64,000 bases of DNA. It comes from Octopus sinensis (Eukaryota). Below are positions 12,609-25,501 of the stretch, piece by piece. Location of the stretch: contig NC_042999.1 in assembly GCF_006345805.1 (NCBI RefSeq), forward strand, positions 49,600,001-49,664,000, read 5' to 3'. Position 1 is the first letter of the stretch; the number at the start of each line of letters is the position of its first letter. The translations under genes and the position numbers were made by a program. The notes under the pieces are model-generated. The model saw only the letters and a list, made by a program, of their open reading frames with translations, did not search any database and had not been told where the DNA came from.

Positions 12609-13196
12609 AAAACTATCATGTACTCTGGGCGTTGTTGAGAAAATCCTGTATTTTGGAAGTTATTTTTTGTTAAAGTTGTCGTATTTCAGTAAATTCAACC
12701 AATCAATGACGTGTATTCAGCTGAATAAAATTTCTGCTGTTGTTTGTCAGCAACAACATCCGGCGGTGTATATTTCGTTTGTCACTGTTATTTATGACAT
12801 CGTTCGTGCGTTTGTACTGGTTTTAGCTTTAAGGTTTTAGGGTTAGGGCTAGGGTTTTAGGGTTAGGGTTAGGGTTAGGGTTGGGATTTTAGTGTTAGCG
12901 TTATGGAAAAAATGAAGATGAAGCACGAACGATTATGATGGTACCATGAAGTAAACATGCTTCAGATACACTCGTTTATTGATACAAACGTAACTGAGAT
13001 GAAATATGTCATAAATAACGGTGACAAACGAAATATACACCGCCGGAAGTTGTTGTTAACAAACAACTGCAGAAATATTATTCAGCTGAATACACGTCAT
13101 TGATTGGTTGAAATTACCGTAATACGACAATTTTAACAAAAAATAACTTCCAAAATACAGAATTTTCTCAACAACACCAAGAGTAAAAGATGTTTT
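12609..13196. mobile_element. Fold-back MITE, ~190-bp terminal inverted repeats, internal (TTAGGG)n
   Basis: 12609-12800 is the reverse complement of 13006-13196 with scattered mismatches; TTAGGG repeats at ~12835-12900. Confidence 0.85.
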
Positions 13197-14296
13197 ATGT
13201 GACACATTCTACCAATATACGAAGTTTGTAAGTGTTTAGTTACAAAAAAATAATTTTTTAATCTGTCGGTCAAAAGGTAAAGATCCGAGTACTGGAGTCG
13301 AAAATAATCGACTAAGTCCCTTCCCCCAAATTTCAGGGTCTGTGCCCGCAATACAAAGGATTATTATTATCATCACCATCATTTTTATTAACCCCGTCAC
13401 GTCCCTGAATATTATGCTTTTAGGTTTGTTTGTGCCAATTTTCTGGCAATAACATCAATTAATTCACGTTTACGAATTTATTCAACGGTCGGTACGACAT
13501 CATAAAGTAAAACAGAGCGAGTCTGTTTTTGTTTTACGCTCGAATATGAAGGGACACTGAACCAAACATAATAAGTAAGTCAATTATCTATAATTGAGGA
13601 AATTTAATAGTCACCGCACGCGTGTACTTTGGAAAATATCCCAAAAAAATATTAACTTGGTTGTAATAATTCAGTAACGAGCAAATAACAAACCATTGCT
13701 CTCTGTCGAGCTGTCACCAATATGCATATTGTACTACTACTACTACTACTAGTAGTAGTAGCACTATTACTACTACTGCTACTGCTGCTATTACTTCTGC
13801 TTCTACGACATTTATCCCTGATTCTCCGAGCGTGCTAAATGGACAGTACTTTTATACTGATGTAGATGATGTTATCATCGCTATTCTTACAGATATAACA
13901 ATTGTACCTCATCGCTAGAATCCTATTTCAGCATTTAAAGTCCATAAGTTGTTGTTAGCGGAAGATTTTACTGCTATTTTAATCGTGGATAGCACCGATA
14001 CAGAGCTTCTCGTTGATGAGGGTAAATAATATTTTTTTTTAAAATTATACCTTAAATCCCTAGAACCAGGCTTCTTAGGGAACTATTACTCCTCCAATTG
14101 TCCCTACGACTGTATTAACTTGCAACCTGTCGTATTTAACATTTACTGCATTCACATCTAATTAGCCCTCTCGTTCATTTAAAATGCCAATTTCTAAATC
14201 TTTCGTCTGATGTGTATTAGAGTCTAGACCTACTTTATAACAGAGATCGACAAACAATGAGCTATTCCTTGACAATAATGTTATTGGTTGGGTGCC

Positions 14297-14646
14297 AAGC
14301 TGGCAGAATCGTTAGCACACCGGGCGAAATGTTTAGCGGTATTTCGTCTGTCGCTACGTTCTGAGTTCAAATTCCGCCGAGGTCGACTTTGCCTTTCATC
14401 CTTTCGGGATCGATGAATTAAGTACCAGTTACGCACTGGGTCGATGTAATCGACTTAATCCATTTGTCTGTCCTTGTTTGTCGCCTCTGTGTTTAGTCCC
14501 TTGTGGGTAGTAAAGAAATAGGTATTTCGTCTACCGCTACGTTCTGAGTTCAAATTCCGCCGAGGTCGACTTTGCCTTTTATCCTTTCGGGGTCGATAAA
14601 TTAAGTACCAGTTACGCACTGGGGTCGATATAATCGACTTAATCCC
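14297..14646 (+). mobile_element. SINE family A, dimer-like (full copy plus repeated body)
   Basis: AAAGAAATA|GGTATTTCGTC junction at ~14520 followed by a second body. Confidence 0.85.
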
Positions 14647-15574
14647 TCGACCGTGATTCCGCTGCTTTAACCACTAGGCCATGTGCCTCCACTTGAAATA
14701 AAGTTAGTTGGTACAAACCTTGTCTAAAACTATATTCACACCCAAAATAACACACAGGATGCCGATCGCATTTTAACTGTACTTTTAAGACTGGGAAATT
14801 CGTAAGAATTGTAGCATATTGTTTTCAAGGTAGAACTAGAAGATAAAATTATAAATATTAGGCTTAAAAACCCCATGGATGGAAAAAAGTCGAAGGCTAT
14901 CAGTGGGACACGAACCTACTTATTTTTATTTTCTATTCATTTTTTTTTTAAACTCACCGTTCTATACGCTGTCATGTACAACTTTATGTATACTTCGAGT
15001 TCTACCGTAAAATTTTATTGAATTTTTTTTCTTTTTGGAAACACCATCCCATCTCTTGAGCACTGACATTTTTTATGCCAAGAATATTATATTTGCATTG
15101 TAATTTGAGATGCCAAACATCAATTCAAAATACATTTGTAAGCAAAATATTCTATATGAAGACATACTCGAAACAGTACTGCCGTAAATTTTTTTTCATC
15201 TATCTTTGGTTTACACACAATAAAATTCAGTATCGAAAAATAGAGTTCAAGTGTAATTTTTGGAATGCTTTCAGATGAATCAATATTTTATATTAATACA
15301 AACAAGAAGAGAAAGAAAAGTCAAGAAATGAGATTTCTTCACTGAGTAAAAAAGCTAAAAGTATTTCTCCAGATGTCAAGCAGTAAATCTTTTCACTTTT
15401 TAAATAAATGGAGCAACGGAGACTAACAGTGTCTTATACACTGTCGCAATATAGTTTACATAAACAATCGATTCTAACAAAAGAGGGAGGGTTGCAAAAA
15501 TAAATGTAGTTTTTTTCCGTTGAATAAAGCAAAGTGGCTACTACAACTTTTACCTCGCGGTTGCAATAAATCGT

Positions 15575-15820
15575 ATTTGTATTTATTTATTGCCCACAAG
15601 GGGCTAAACACAGAGGGGACAAACAATGACAGACATAGGTATTAAGTCGATTACATCGACCCCAGTGCGTAACTGGTACTTAATTTATCGACCCCGAAAG
15701 GATGAAAGACAAAGTCGACCTCGGCGGAATTTGAACTCAGAATGTAGCGGCAGACGAAATACCTATTTCTTTATTACCCACACGCCCGGCGTGCTAACGT
15801 TTCTGCCAGCTCACCGCCTT
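15575..15820 (-). mobile_element. SINE family A, internally deleted dimer-like derivative
   Basis: Head joined to a tail fragment, then the same AAAGAAATA|GGTATTTCGTC junction, then body and tail. Confidence 0.8.
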
Positions 15821-16842
15821 TTACAATCAATCCTATTCTGCTTAATGAAAAATGTTGCAGCTCTTCTCAGCATGCTGTATCATACTCATCTTTTATGCCA
15901 TAAAACGTGTAACGATTCATTTACTATAAATAGTAAGGTTTAATATATTTAATCAAGTTGTTCTCTATAGACTAGTAAGAGTAAGGCTCTATTTTTTATT
16001 CGCCTTGATCCACAAGACCTAAAATCTTTCCCAATAAGTTCCACCTGTCAAAAGTTTACTGCACGAAGTGACACTTGAATGGCGTAAGTTTGAGACAACT
16101 ATATTCCTGGAGGGTCGACCAACTGTGGTATCGAGAGCTGTATCAGTCACCGAACTGGACGTCACTGCGCTTTTACCCAGGTCAAAGGCCAATAGCTTCA
16201 AGAGCCAATAGATTCAAGGACCAATAGCTATTTAACGCCGAGAGATCTTCATGAGGTAGGGATAGATGTTTTCAAGAAATAACTTGACCTCTTGCTATCC
16301 AAAGTCACAGATGAACCTATATTTCGACAGGAAACACAAAACAGGCATTAGTGTCGAACTCACTCCTTCGCCAAAAGCCAATCACATAAGAATGGCCATT
16401 GAAAAGATGATTACACTGGAGGTGCTCCATCATGGTCATAGCCTTAAAGCTGAAATGTATAAAAGAATAGAAGAATATAAACTCTAACAAGTCATGATGT
16501 ATAATGGTGGATACCTTTATTTAACCACTTGTGGTCTTTAGTCTCACGGGCGTTTAACAGCCTTTATTGTGTAATAATAATTTCAGTGGATAATAAATTA
16601 TGTTTATATGTCTGCACTGATATGCATGCTACGCATTATACAATACAATTTCATATTTACAAATCCTGCATAGAATTAATATGTGGTATGGTAGGCGAGT
16701 CCACAAGAGGAGTTTTCTCTGATAGCCACTTGATTCTATAAATCCACATATTACACTACAAGTATGTATATGTTTGTGTGCTTGTGAGAGACAATCCGTG
16801 TGTGTGTGTGTGTGTACGTATATATGTATATATACACACATA

Positions 16843-17181
16843 CGAGGTGATGCTGAAAAGTTCGTAGCATTAACCCTTTGAAACCGTAACACCGGTTCAC
16901 CGGTGGTTGGCTTATTTTTCTCTATACCGTAGCACCGATGGAGTGCCAGGTATATGGTGAAATGAGGTTCAGGAGGTCAGGGCTCAAAGGGTTAAGGACA
17001 TCACGAAAGGCCTGGTTGGAGACCCAACCTTCCGAGTTCTTTTACAGGACCTAGAAAAACTGAAGGACCACTGCAATAAGTGAGTGAATCTGAAAGGGGA
17101 ATATGTTGAATAAAATCATGCTTAATTGATCCTCTCGTATGTTCTTTTACCGAAAGCCAAGACATTTTCAGCACTCCCTCG
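16843..17181 (+). mobile_element. Mariner-type deletion derivative with TA flanks
   Basis: TIRs CGAGGTGATGCTGAAAAG / CATTTTCAGCACTCCCTCG; TA on both sides; frameshifted transposase C-terminus LEKLKDHCNK*VNLKGEYVE*. Confidence 0.85.
16874..16991. mobile_element. piggyBac-like MITE nested in the mariner derivative
   Basis: TTAA-CCCTTTGA...TCAAAGGG-TTAA: TTAA duplication and CCC/GGG termini. Confidence 0.75.
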
Positions 17182-17225
17182 TATACACATGCACACGCAC
17201 ACACACACACATACACTACATACAC

Positions 17226-17279
<54 letters not shown>

Positions 17280-17778
17280 ATATATTATTATTATTATTAT
17301 TATTATTACAAATTTTGAGATTGTCCTGAAATTGAAGTTGTGGTCCTATTAGTAAAATCCCAAATTTGTAATAATATATTATAATTGATACTGTTTGCTT
17401 TGCATTAGTAAAGTGTAAAATAGTAAATATCCTGACAACCTGGAATAATTATTATATCCTAATTATTATTCATATATATATATACACACACAGTTCTATA
17501 TTAATAAGATTTTTGAAAGATAGAATATGTACTCATTATCAGTTTTCTGATTGCAGACATTGATACTGTCTTACTTTCATTAGTTTAATGGCTTCTTTTA
17601 TTGGTCTTCGGCCATACTGGTTTACTGTTTTTAAAGTGTTTTGATTTGATTTTTTAAAAACTTATTTGCCGAATTGCTACTTTTGGGATCATAAGAGGAC
17701 TGGAAATAATCCAAAACTTGTGTGCATGTTTATATCGATTTAAAAGATCACTGTAAATATACATACATACGTAATACA

Positions 17779-17810
<32 letters not shown>

Positions 17811-17844
17811 CACATACACATATATGCATTCATACACACATGCA

Positions 17845-18180
17845 CACATACATAGGACCACTCCGTCGGTTACGACGACGAGGGTTCCAGCTCATACGAT
17901 CAACGGAACAGCTTGCTCGCGAAATTAACGTGCAAATGGCTGAGCATTCCACAGACACGTGTACCCTTAATGTAGTTCACAAGGAGATTCAGCGTGACAC
18001 AGAGTGTGACAAGGCCAGCTCTTTTTGAAATACAGGTACAACTCAATTTTGCCAACTGAGTGGACTGAAGCAACGTGAAATAAAGTGTCTCGTTCAAGGA
18101 CACAACGCGTCGCCGGGAATGGAACTCACAACCTTACAATCATGAGCTGAATGCCCTAACCACTAAGCCACGCGCCCTCA
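17845..18180 (-). mobile_element. SINE family C (tail C1)
   Basis: Reverse complement of the 6141-6437 family. Confidence 0.85.
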
Positions 18181-18385
18181 CACATACATACACACATGCA
18201 CACATACGTACATACATACATACATACATACATACATACATACATACATACATACATACATACGTATATACACACAGACATGCACTCATACATACATACA
18301 TGCATGCATGCATACATACAACATACATACATACATACATACATACATACATACATACATACATACATACATACATACATACATA
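18181..18385. repeat. (TACA)n microsatellite
   Basis: Directly visible. Confidence 0.97.
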
Positions 18386-19136
18386 CGATGAACTGCTGCG
18401 GAGTTATGATCTACCAAACATTCCAATCACAAGGTTTTATCCTACTCTAGGCTATTGTAGGAGATACTTTTCCAACTTGTTCAGGCACTGTACAGTAGAC
18501 TCGAACCCAGAATTACGTGGTTGCGAAGCAAAATTTATTACTACATGTTTTACTATATTTCGTGAGCGGAGCAAATGAACTGTTAATCGCTGTACAGAAT
18601 TAAACACTTCCAGACTCAAAACATTCGTCATAACTTCCGACTTGTAAAGGCCAAACTATCTTTGTTTAAAGAATATCGATTTCTCACCCAAATTACAAGG
18701 AAACAAGTTTTATAGACGCTACGAATAAGAATTTGTGACGTTCTTACGTTTATCAAAGTTATTGCTATCGTTCCTGTTGCTGTTGTTAGCGGTATCGTCG
18801 TCGTCGTCGTCATTGTTGTTACTGCTTAACTCTAGATCTAACTTAATATAGCCAAGTAAAATTGTGATCAATACGTTCCAGTTACAACCAACCCGTCATT
18901 TCAAGGGTGTGCAGGTCTCTATTAACAAATGTCTTTGTGGCGTAGACTTAAAACGTCATCCAGTTTAACAACACCATCTGCAACTTTAGGTGCCTTTATT
19001 GGAGTTCCCTCTGTTGTAAGCATTTTGACGAGGTCTCCAGCTCGAGGTTACCTTTCACCCTCCGTCCTAACAGCCTCAGGCGCCTTATAATGGTTCATAG
19101 GTACTGCCATCCCTCCTGGCTAAAAGATAACAATAC

Positions 19137-19537
19137 TCTTTTACTCTTTTACTTGTTTCAGTCATTTGACTGCAGCCATGCTGGAGCACCGCCTTTAATC
19201 GAGCAACTCGACCCCGGGACTTATTCTTTTGTAAGCCCAGTACTTATTCTACCGGTCTCTTTTGCCGAACCGCTAAGTAACGGGGACATAAACACATCAG
19301 CATCGGTTGTCAAGCAATGCTAGGGGGACAAACACAGACACACAAACACACACACGCATATATATATATACATATATACGACGGGCTTCTTTCAGTTTCC
19401 GTCTACCAAATCCACTCACAAGGCTTTGGTCGGCCCGAGGCTATAGTAGAAGACACTTGCCCAAGGTGCCACGCAGTAGGACTGAACTCGGAACCATGTG
19501 GTTGGTAAACAAGCTACTTACCACACAGCCACTCCTG
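19137..19537 (-). mobile_element. SINE family B, full length
   Basis: Colinear with 611-1010. Confidence 0.9.
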
Positions 19538-21152
19538 CGCCTATACATCCTTTACCTTTTATGATGGTAGAGTTCTTGATTAGAGGAGGGATTACTTTTG
19601 GCTGTTATTTCTGGCGATTCGAACGGCCACCTAGGGATTCCCACTGTCGCTGGTACTGACGTTCCTGTCATGAACACGTGACCTTTCTCTCTGGCATTGC
19701 ATATCTAGAACTAAATAATCCAATGTGGTTCTACGCTTTTCAAGAAATTACATGTGCTATTTGAGTACGTTTTGGTTGTTATTTTTAGGAGGCTGAATAA
19801 CAAACGTAGAGGTGCCTTCGTTGGCTTGTATTTATCAAAGTAATTATTAATGGGGTAAAATGAAAGGAAATAATTTCAGTCGATATATTTCACCAACCAT
19901 AATTTCTGTTTTTCTGTTGTTGTGTATTAATACTGTGTAATGCCTAATACTTCTTATATAAATGAGATGCGTGCCCGAAAAGCATACATCTAAAGGAAGG
20001 AAGAAACTTTTGTAATATAAAGACTATTAATTCTAGAAGAAAGAACCGCAGAAAATTAAAGGAGGAGAAAGTGAAAAATGAAAGACAAGCAAATATAATT
20101 TCCGCTGTGTAATAATGAGTTACATTTCAGCAAGCCATGAATGATGTGAGATAGATAGTGTATCGTCTATGAAAAGCTGGTATATATTGCTCAATAGAAA
20201 ACGAAAGCTTTGCGATCTAAATAGTTTCAACTGAAACTCATTTAGTATTTATTTCATAGAATAAATGCTCCCAGAAGCTATGGAAAAAAACGGTATATTC
20301 CTAATGAATATCAACAAGTGTAGCAATTCCAGTATTATGTGCGTCTTCTCGTTTAATATGATACTCTACTTTTGAGGGTAGAGCAGGTGCGTTGATACTT
20401 CATTTTGAAAGACACGCACAGATAGACACACCACACAATACATGCACTCACAAACACTCACATATGCTCATATAAATATTATATGTATGTATGAATGTAT
20501 TATGTATGTATGCACACACACGCGCGGAATGCACACACAAGATTTCATATATAAATGTACTTGTGTTGGAAGATGCGTGTAGGTATGTGAGGGAATGTAT
20601 AGATGTTAATTAATTTATTAAAAAAATTTTGATTTCTTAATAAATTTTCCTCAGAATATTTAATGAATGTCTTACATTGCTCGTGTTTTTTTTTTTGTTT
20701 TTTTTGTTTTACTTTGTCTATGTCTCAATATCGTCATGTATTCGTCTGTGTGTATCTTATCTATGTGTAGGTATATGTATGCGTATTTTAAACATATATG
20801 AATACGTGTATGTGTGCATACATACACACACAAATGCACACACACACACACACACATACACGCGCGCGAATACATAATACGTATATAAGTATTTGCATAC
20901 ACAGACTGGTTAATAGATTTGTAGATATAGGTATAGATTGATAGATAGAGAGATATACACACAAAGACTTGATTTATGTAACTTAGTTAATTAAAGATTA
21001 AACACACACACACACATATATATAGGTATATATATGTATGCATATACATACATACATATACTTATATATACCTATATATATATACACACACATGTATATA
21101 TAAATATACATATTCATATATACATATACATATATATACGTTTATATACATG

Positions 21153-21330
21153 CCAGGTTTGATCAGTAAGTATCCGGACTGTTGCCATAGTAACGAAGCC
21201 AAAACACGCATTGCGAAGCCGTTTCACAAAGGTTGATATTTAGCTCTGCCGTGCTTGAATACTTTAGTTTTAACGTTCTAGCCATTTTCACTGTTTACAA
21301 CAGTGCTTCGAAGGAAGGTGTCTATCTGCT
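21153..21330 (+). mobile_element. Mariner-like left-end fragment
   Basis: GATCAGTAAGTATCCGGACTGTTGCCATAG, shared with 31616-31830; resembles a mariner TIR. Confidence 0.6.
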
Positions 21331-21824
21331 AAATATGTAATTAAACGACAAAGATATCCTAAAACGAACTGGGAACTGATTGGTAGCTAACAGCAACAAG
21401 ATCAAAGACTTACTTAAGAATATATATTTCTGAAAAATCATTCACTGAAATAGCGTTTATTAGAATTTGTATTCGTTCGACTAATGAACGTATATTTCAA
21501 AATCGGCGGTTATGGTTTTGTAAACGGCCCTCTTCATTGCACAGTGTCATATTAGCCAAAGTACTTCTCTTTTTTTATCTGTATCTGTTCACCTACATAT
21601 TGCTATATATTCGCACATTACTGTTAATGCAACTTACAATTGTAAGCTGTGCAAAGCACTGATTAATCCAAGCTTTGTTTCCCTATCTCTTGTACTTCTA
21701 AATTGAAATCTTCCTATGAATTTCGAGAATGTGACAACTTTTATTTTGTTTGTTTGTTTGTTTTTGATTTTTGTTTATTATTTTTTCCTCACAAGAATAT
21801 TTTTCCCTGGAGATCCTACAGAAT

Positions 21825-22230
21825 GAGTGGCTGTGTGGTAAGTACCTTGCTTACCAGCCATATGGTTCCGGGTTCAGTCCCACTACGTGGCACCTTGGGC
21901 AAGTGTCTTCTACTATAGCCTCGGGCCGACCAAAGCCTTGTGGTGGATTTGGTAGACGGAAACTGAAAGAAGCCCGTCGTATATATGTATATATGTATAT
22001 ATATGTGGGTGTGTATGTTTGTGTATTTTTGTTTGTCCCCCTAGCATTGCTTGACAACCTATGCTGGTGTGCTTACGTCCCCGTCACCTGGCGGTTCGGC
22101 AAAAGAGACCGATAGAATAAGCACTAGGCTTACAAAGAATAAGTCCCGGGGTCGATTTGCTCGACTAAAGGCGGTGCTCCAGCATGGCCACAGTCAAATG
22201 ACTGAAACAAGGAAAAGAGTAAAAGAGTAA
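21825..22230 (+). mobile_element. SINE family B, full length
   Basis: GAGTGGCTGTGTGGTAAG head through the AAAAGAGTAAA tail. Confidence 0.9.
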
Positions 22231-22510
22231 ATCGGAAACCACTGCTAGAATGAGATCTTATGTTATTTGGTTCAACTCAAGAAGAAATTTCGCGTCGAAT
22301 GAAAAATGAAAGTAAACCAAAATGGAAAAATTCGTCAATGAGAAATCGTCACATGAGGCCGTTCATGTATGTTGAATAAACTAGGAACATTCCTCCATCT
22401 ATTTTATGTACATAAACATGTGTGTGTGTGTGTGCGTGCGTGTGTGTGTGTGTGCATGTATGTATGTATGTAGTATGTATGTATGTATGTATGTATGTAT
22501 GTATGTATGT

Positions 22511-22943
22511 GAAAGTAAGGAGGGATGTCAAGAAGGGCATCGCTGTTACACTTCCAGAAGGGAAGGGTCTTCCTTTGATTCTGACATGCAATGTCTGTGC
22601 AAGACCCTGCCTCAGTAAAGCTGGACTCATGAGTCATCTTCGTAGTCATAAAACGAGACAGATGAGTGACAACCTGGCCACTGGTGGTGGTGTAACACAC
22701 CATACTAATCATATCTGTCGGGCATGTGGAAGAGAGTGTAATTCGGCAGGAGGACTTAGTCATGCAAAGGTACATGAAGCCCAGTTACAACTACAGCCGG
22801 CTATTACCAGTAAAGGTTTTAGTTGCCAATTTTGTACAAGACATTGTAGATCTTTGGCTGGGCTAAAAAGTCACATTCGATCACAGCACCAGTAACAGTT
22901 AAGCTTCGTGCAATGGCCATACTCGATAATGAGGGGGCAGCCA
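22511..22943 (+). mobile_element. 5'-truncated RTE-type LINE; ORF2 C-terminus with three C2H2-like fingers
   Basis: CNVCARPCLSKAGLMSHLRSH / CRACGRECNSAGGLSHAKVH / CQFCTRHCRSLAGLKSHIRSQH, stop at 22895, 3' UTR ending GAGGGGGCAGCCA plus (ATGT)n; second copy at 31052-31285. Confidence 0.8.
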
Positions 22944-23446
22944 TAATGTATGTATGTAAAAAGTAGAGTAAAATATAGTTTCAGAGAATAGTGCAGCTAT
23001 AACAGTCAGCTACTCCTACAGTCTGGGCCATGAGACCACTTCGTAATTAATTAAGAAGGAGTGTAATGCAAGATATCCGTGTAGAGGGGAACTATTGGTG
23101 TAACCAAAATATTTTGGTGATCAGATGTGCTAGCAAATTTTCTTTGTTTTAATTTTTTAATACGCAATTGTTTTGATTAATGAACAATATTATAACAAAT
23201 GAGGGGAAGAGAAAATGGAATTCGCGATATACTTTATAAATCAAAATGATCGTTTCGACCCATCTTGCATCGAACTCTCGTAAGACATATTTACAGCGAA
23301 GGATGTAGCACAATCAGTTGTCCAGAATCTTACACACAAGAGGCCGAATCTTACACACAAGCGTGGTCGAAATATTCGTTGTGATTAATAAAGAATCTTG
23401 TGAATTGATTCTATATTTTCTTCCTCACATTTGTTATATCACTTTT

Positions 23447-23838
23447 ATCTTTTACTTGTTTCAGTCATTTGACTGCGGCCATGCTGGAGCACCGCCTTTA
23501 GTCTAACAAATCGACCCGAGGGCTTATTTTTTGTAAGCCTAGTACTTCTTCTATCGGTCTCTTTTGCCGAAGCGCTAAGTTACGGGGGCGTAAACATATC
23601 ACCATCGGTTGACAAGCGATGTTGGGGGAGACAAACACGGACACACAAACATATATATACGCACACATATATATATACATATTTACAACAGGCTTCTTTC
23701 AGTTTCTGTCTACCAAATCCACTCACAAGGCTTTGGTCTGCCTGAGGCTATAGTAGAAGACACTTGCCCTAGGTGCCACGCAGTGGAACTGAACCAAGAA
23801 CCATGTGGTTGGTAAGCAAGCTACTTACCACACAGCCA
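23447..23838 (-). mobile_element. SINE family B
   Basis: Colinear with other family B copies. Confidence 0.88.
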
Positions 23839-23870
23839 CTCACACACACATACATACATATACATATACG

Positions 23871-23982
<112 letters not shown>

Positions 23983-24813
23983 ATATATATATAGATATAT
24001 ATATATATATATATGCATACGTATACATATATGTCCATGTATACATATATATGTATATGCATGCATATATACATATGTATATATATGTATGTATGTACAC
24101 TAATCTGTTTTTATGTGAAGCTATATATGCTGCCAGTTACTCAATATTTTTTACTAAAGTACATGTTCGTTAAACTTTAAGAAGATGAGAGTGGAGCTAT
24201 GTAAAATCATAATTAAGCTTGGTGTAAGTACGATTGGAGAGGAGTTGTATTGGAAATAATATAGAAGAAGATAGGAAGAAAGTATGAGAGTAACGTATTT
24301 GTTGATAGAAAGTTATTGTTGAAGATAGAACGTTATTGTTGAATGATTTTTGGTTCGAAGTGAGAATTGTGGTATTGTCTGGAATTCAGTCAGGCAACAA
24401 AATAATTGTATGCAGAAGTGTATCGTATTTAGATGTGCCAGATTCAGATCATGAGATTCTTTGTATAGAAAGTAGTTGATTATAATGTTTCAAGGTTCAC
24501 AAAAGAATGTTTTTGTATATGTATTAATTGGTTAACCAGGATATTTCTGTCTGCGATTGGATCGCTGTTCCTGTAATTTAATTAAAGGAAAATATCGATA
24601 TTTAAGTACCGATCTTATCAGGTGGCCAGCATGGGAATAAAAACCTTTCAAAGGTAATAATTATTTAAAATTATAATTTAGAGTATGTAAGAGATCCTCC
24701 ATGCTGGAAATAGCAGTCAAAACTTGACACTAAAACCACATTAAATACGGTTTTAGAGTGAAGTTTTGATTGCTATTTCCAGCGTGGAGGTATCTTTTAG
24801 ATACCCTAAATTA

Positions 24814-24849
<36 letters not shown>

Positions 24850-25018
24850 CGTCTGTGGAGAGTCATTCTGTTTTAATGCCTTGTTAATTAACACACTCAC
24901 CGGCTCGATTTCTACTCATTTACTTATTTATTGATTATAACATTTTCGTTGCTTCTTGCAACCTCTACAATAGTCGTTGAGTCTGTCCGTCATATATATA
25001 TATATATATATATATGAC

Positions 25019-25055
<37 letters not shown>

Positions 25056-25149
25056 AAAACGGTAAGATAACAAAAGAAAGAAAGAGACCTCAATATTATG
25101 TAAATAGAGGAAATTTAGATATACAATATGTTACATTACTCGGTAGTCA

Positions 25150-25212
25150 AGATAAAACTCTGAGTTTCAGATGCCGAAGTGGAAATCCACAACACCATCT
25201 CTTCGGTTATCT
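25150..25212 (-). ncRNA. Hammerhead-like fold, U4C family
   Basis: AGATAA-CCGAAGA-GATG...CATC-T-GAAAC-TCAGA-GTT-TTATCT. Confidence 0.55.
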
Positions 25213-25371
25213 GGCTATTTTTATATATTTATATATATTTTTATGTATTTTTATATAATTTTTATGACGAAAAATGCGAGCGATGTATAAGTACGCAGGC
25301 AAAGCAGAGTTATAACAGAGTAATTTCCCTTCATTTTTAACGGTATTTTTTCATAACGTTTTCAAATAGCC

Positions 25372-25433
25372 AGATAACCGAAGAGATGGTGTTGTGATTT
25401 CCACTTCGGCATCTGAAACTCAGAGTTTTATCT
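25372..25433 (+). ncRNA. Hammerhead-like fold, U4C family
   Basis: Same fold on the opposite strand. Confidence 0.55.
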
Positions 25434-25462
25434 TGACTACCGAGTAATGTAACATATTGTAT

Positions 25463-25501
<39 letters not shown>

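Larger units (their letters stand above)
25052..25465. mobile_element. Penelope-like repeat with inverted arms, in (TA)n
   Basis: ~25120-25220 is the reverse complement of ~25365-25465; each arm carries a hammerhead-like fold. Confidence 0.65.

Noticed and set aside
12835-12900. True telomere or chromosome-fusion scar
   Set aside because: Short, degenerate and enclosed in the inverted arms of a MITE-like element.
13932-14021. 90-nt AG/GT-bounded open segment (FKVHKLLLAEDFTAILIVDSTDTELLVDE)
   Set aside because: No recognisable homology or partner exon; not distinguishable from chance.
22422-22895. Host C2H2 zinc-finger gene
   Set aside because: The N-terminus is microsatellite, and the fingers are duplicated elsewhere and followed by an RTE-type 3' end.
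24170-24580. Possible old LINE remnant on the minus strand
   Set aside because: Only vague motif similarity with many stops; it cannot be assigned.
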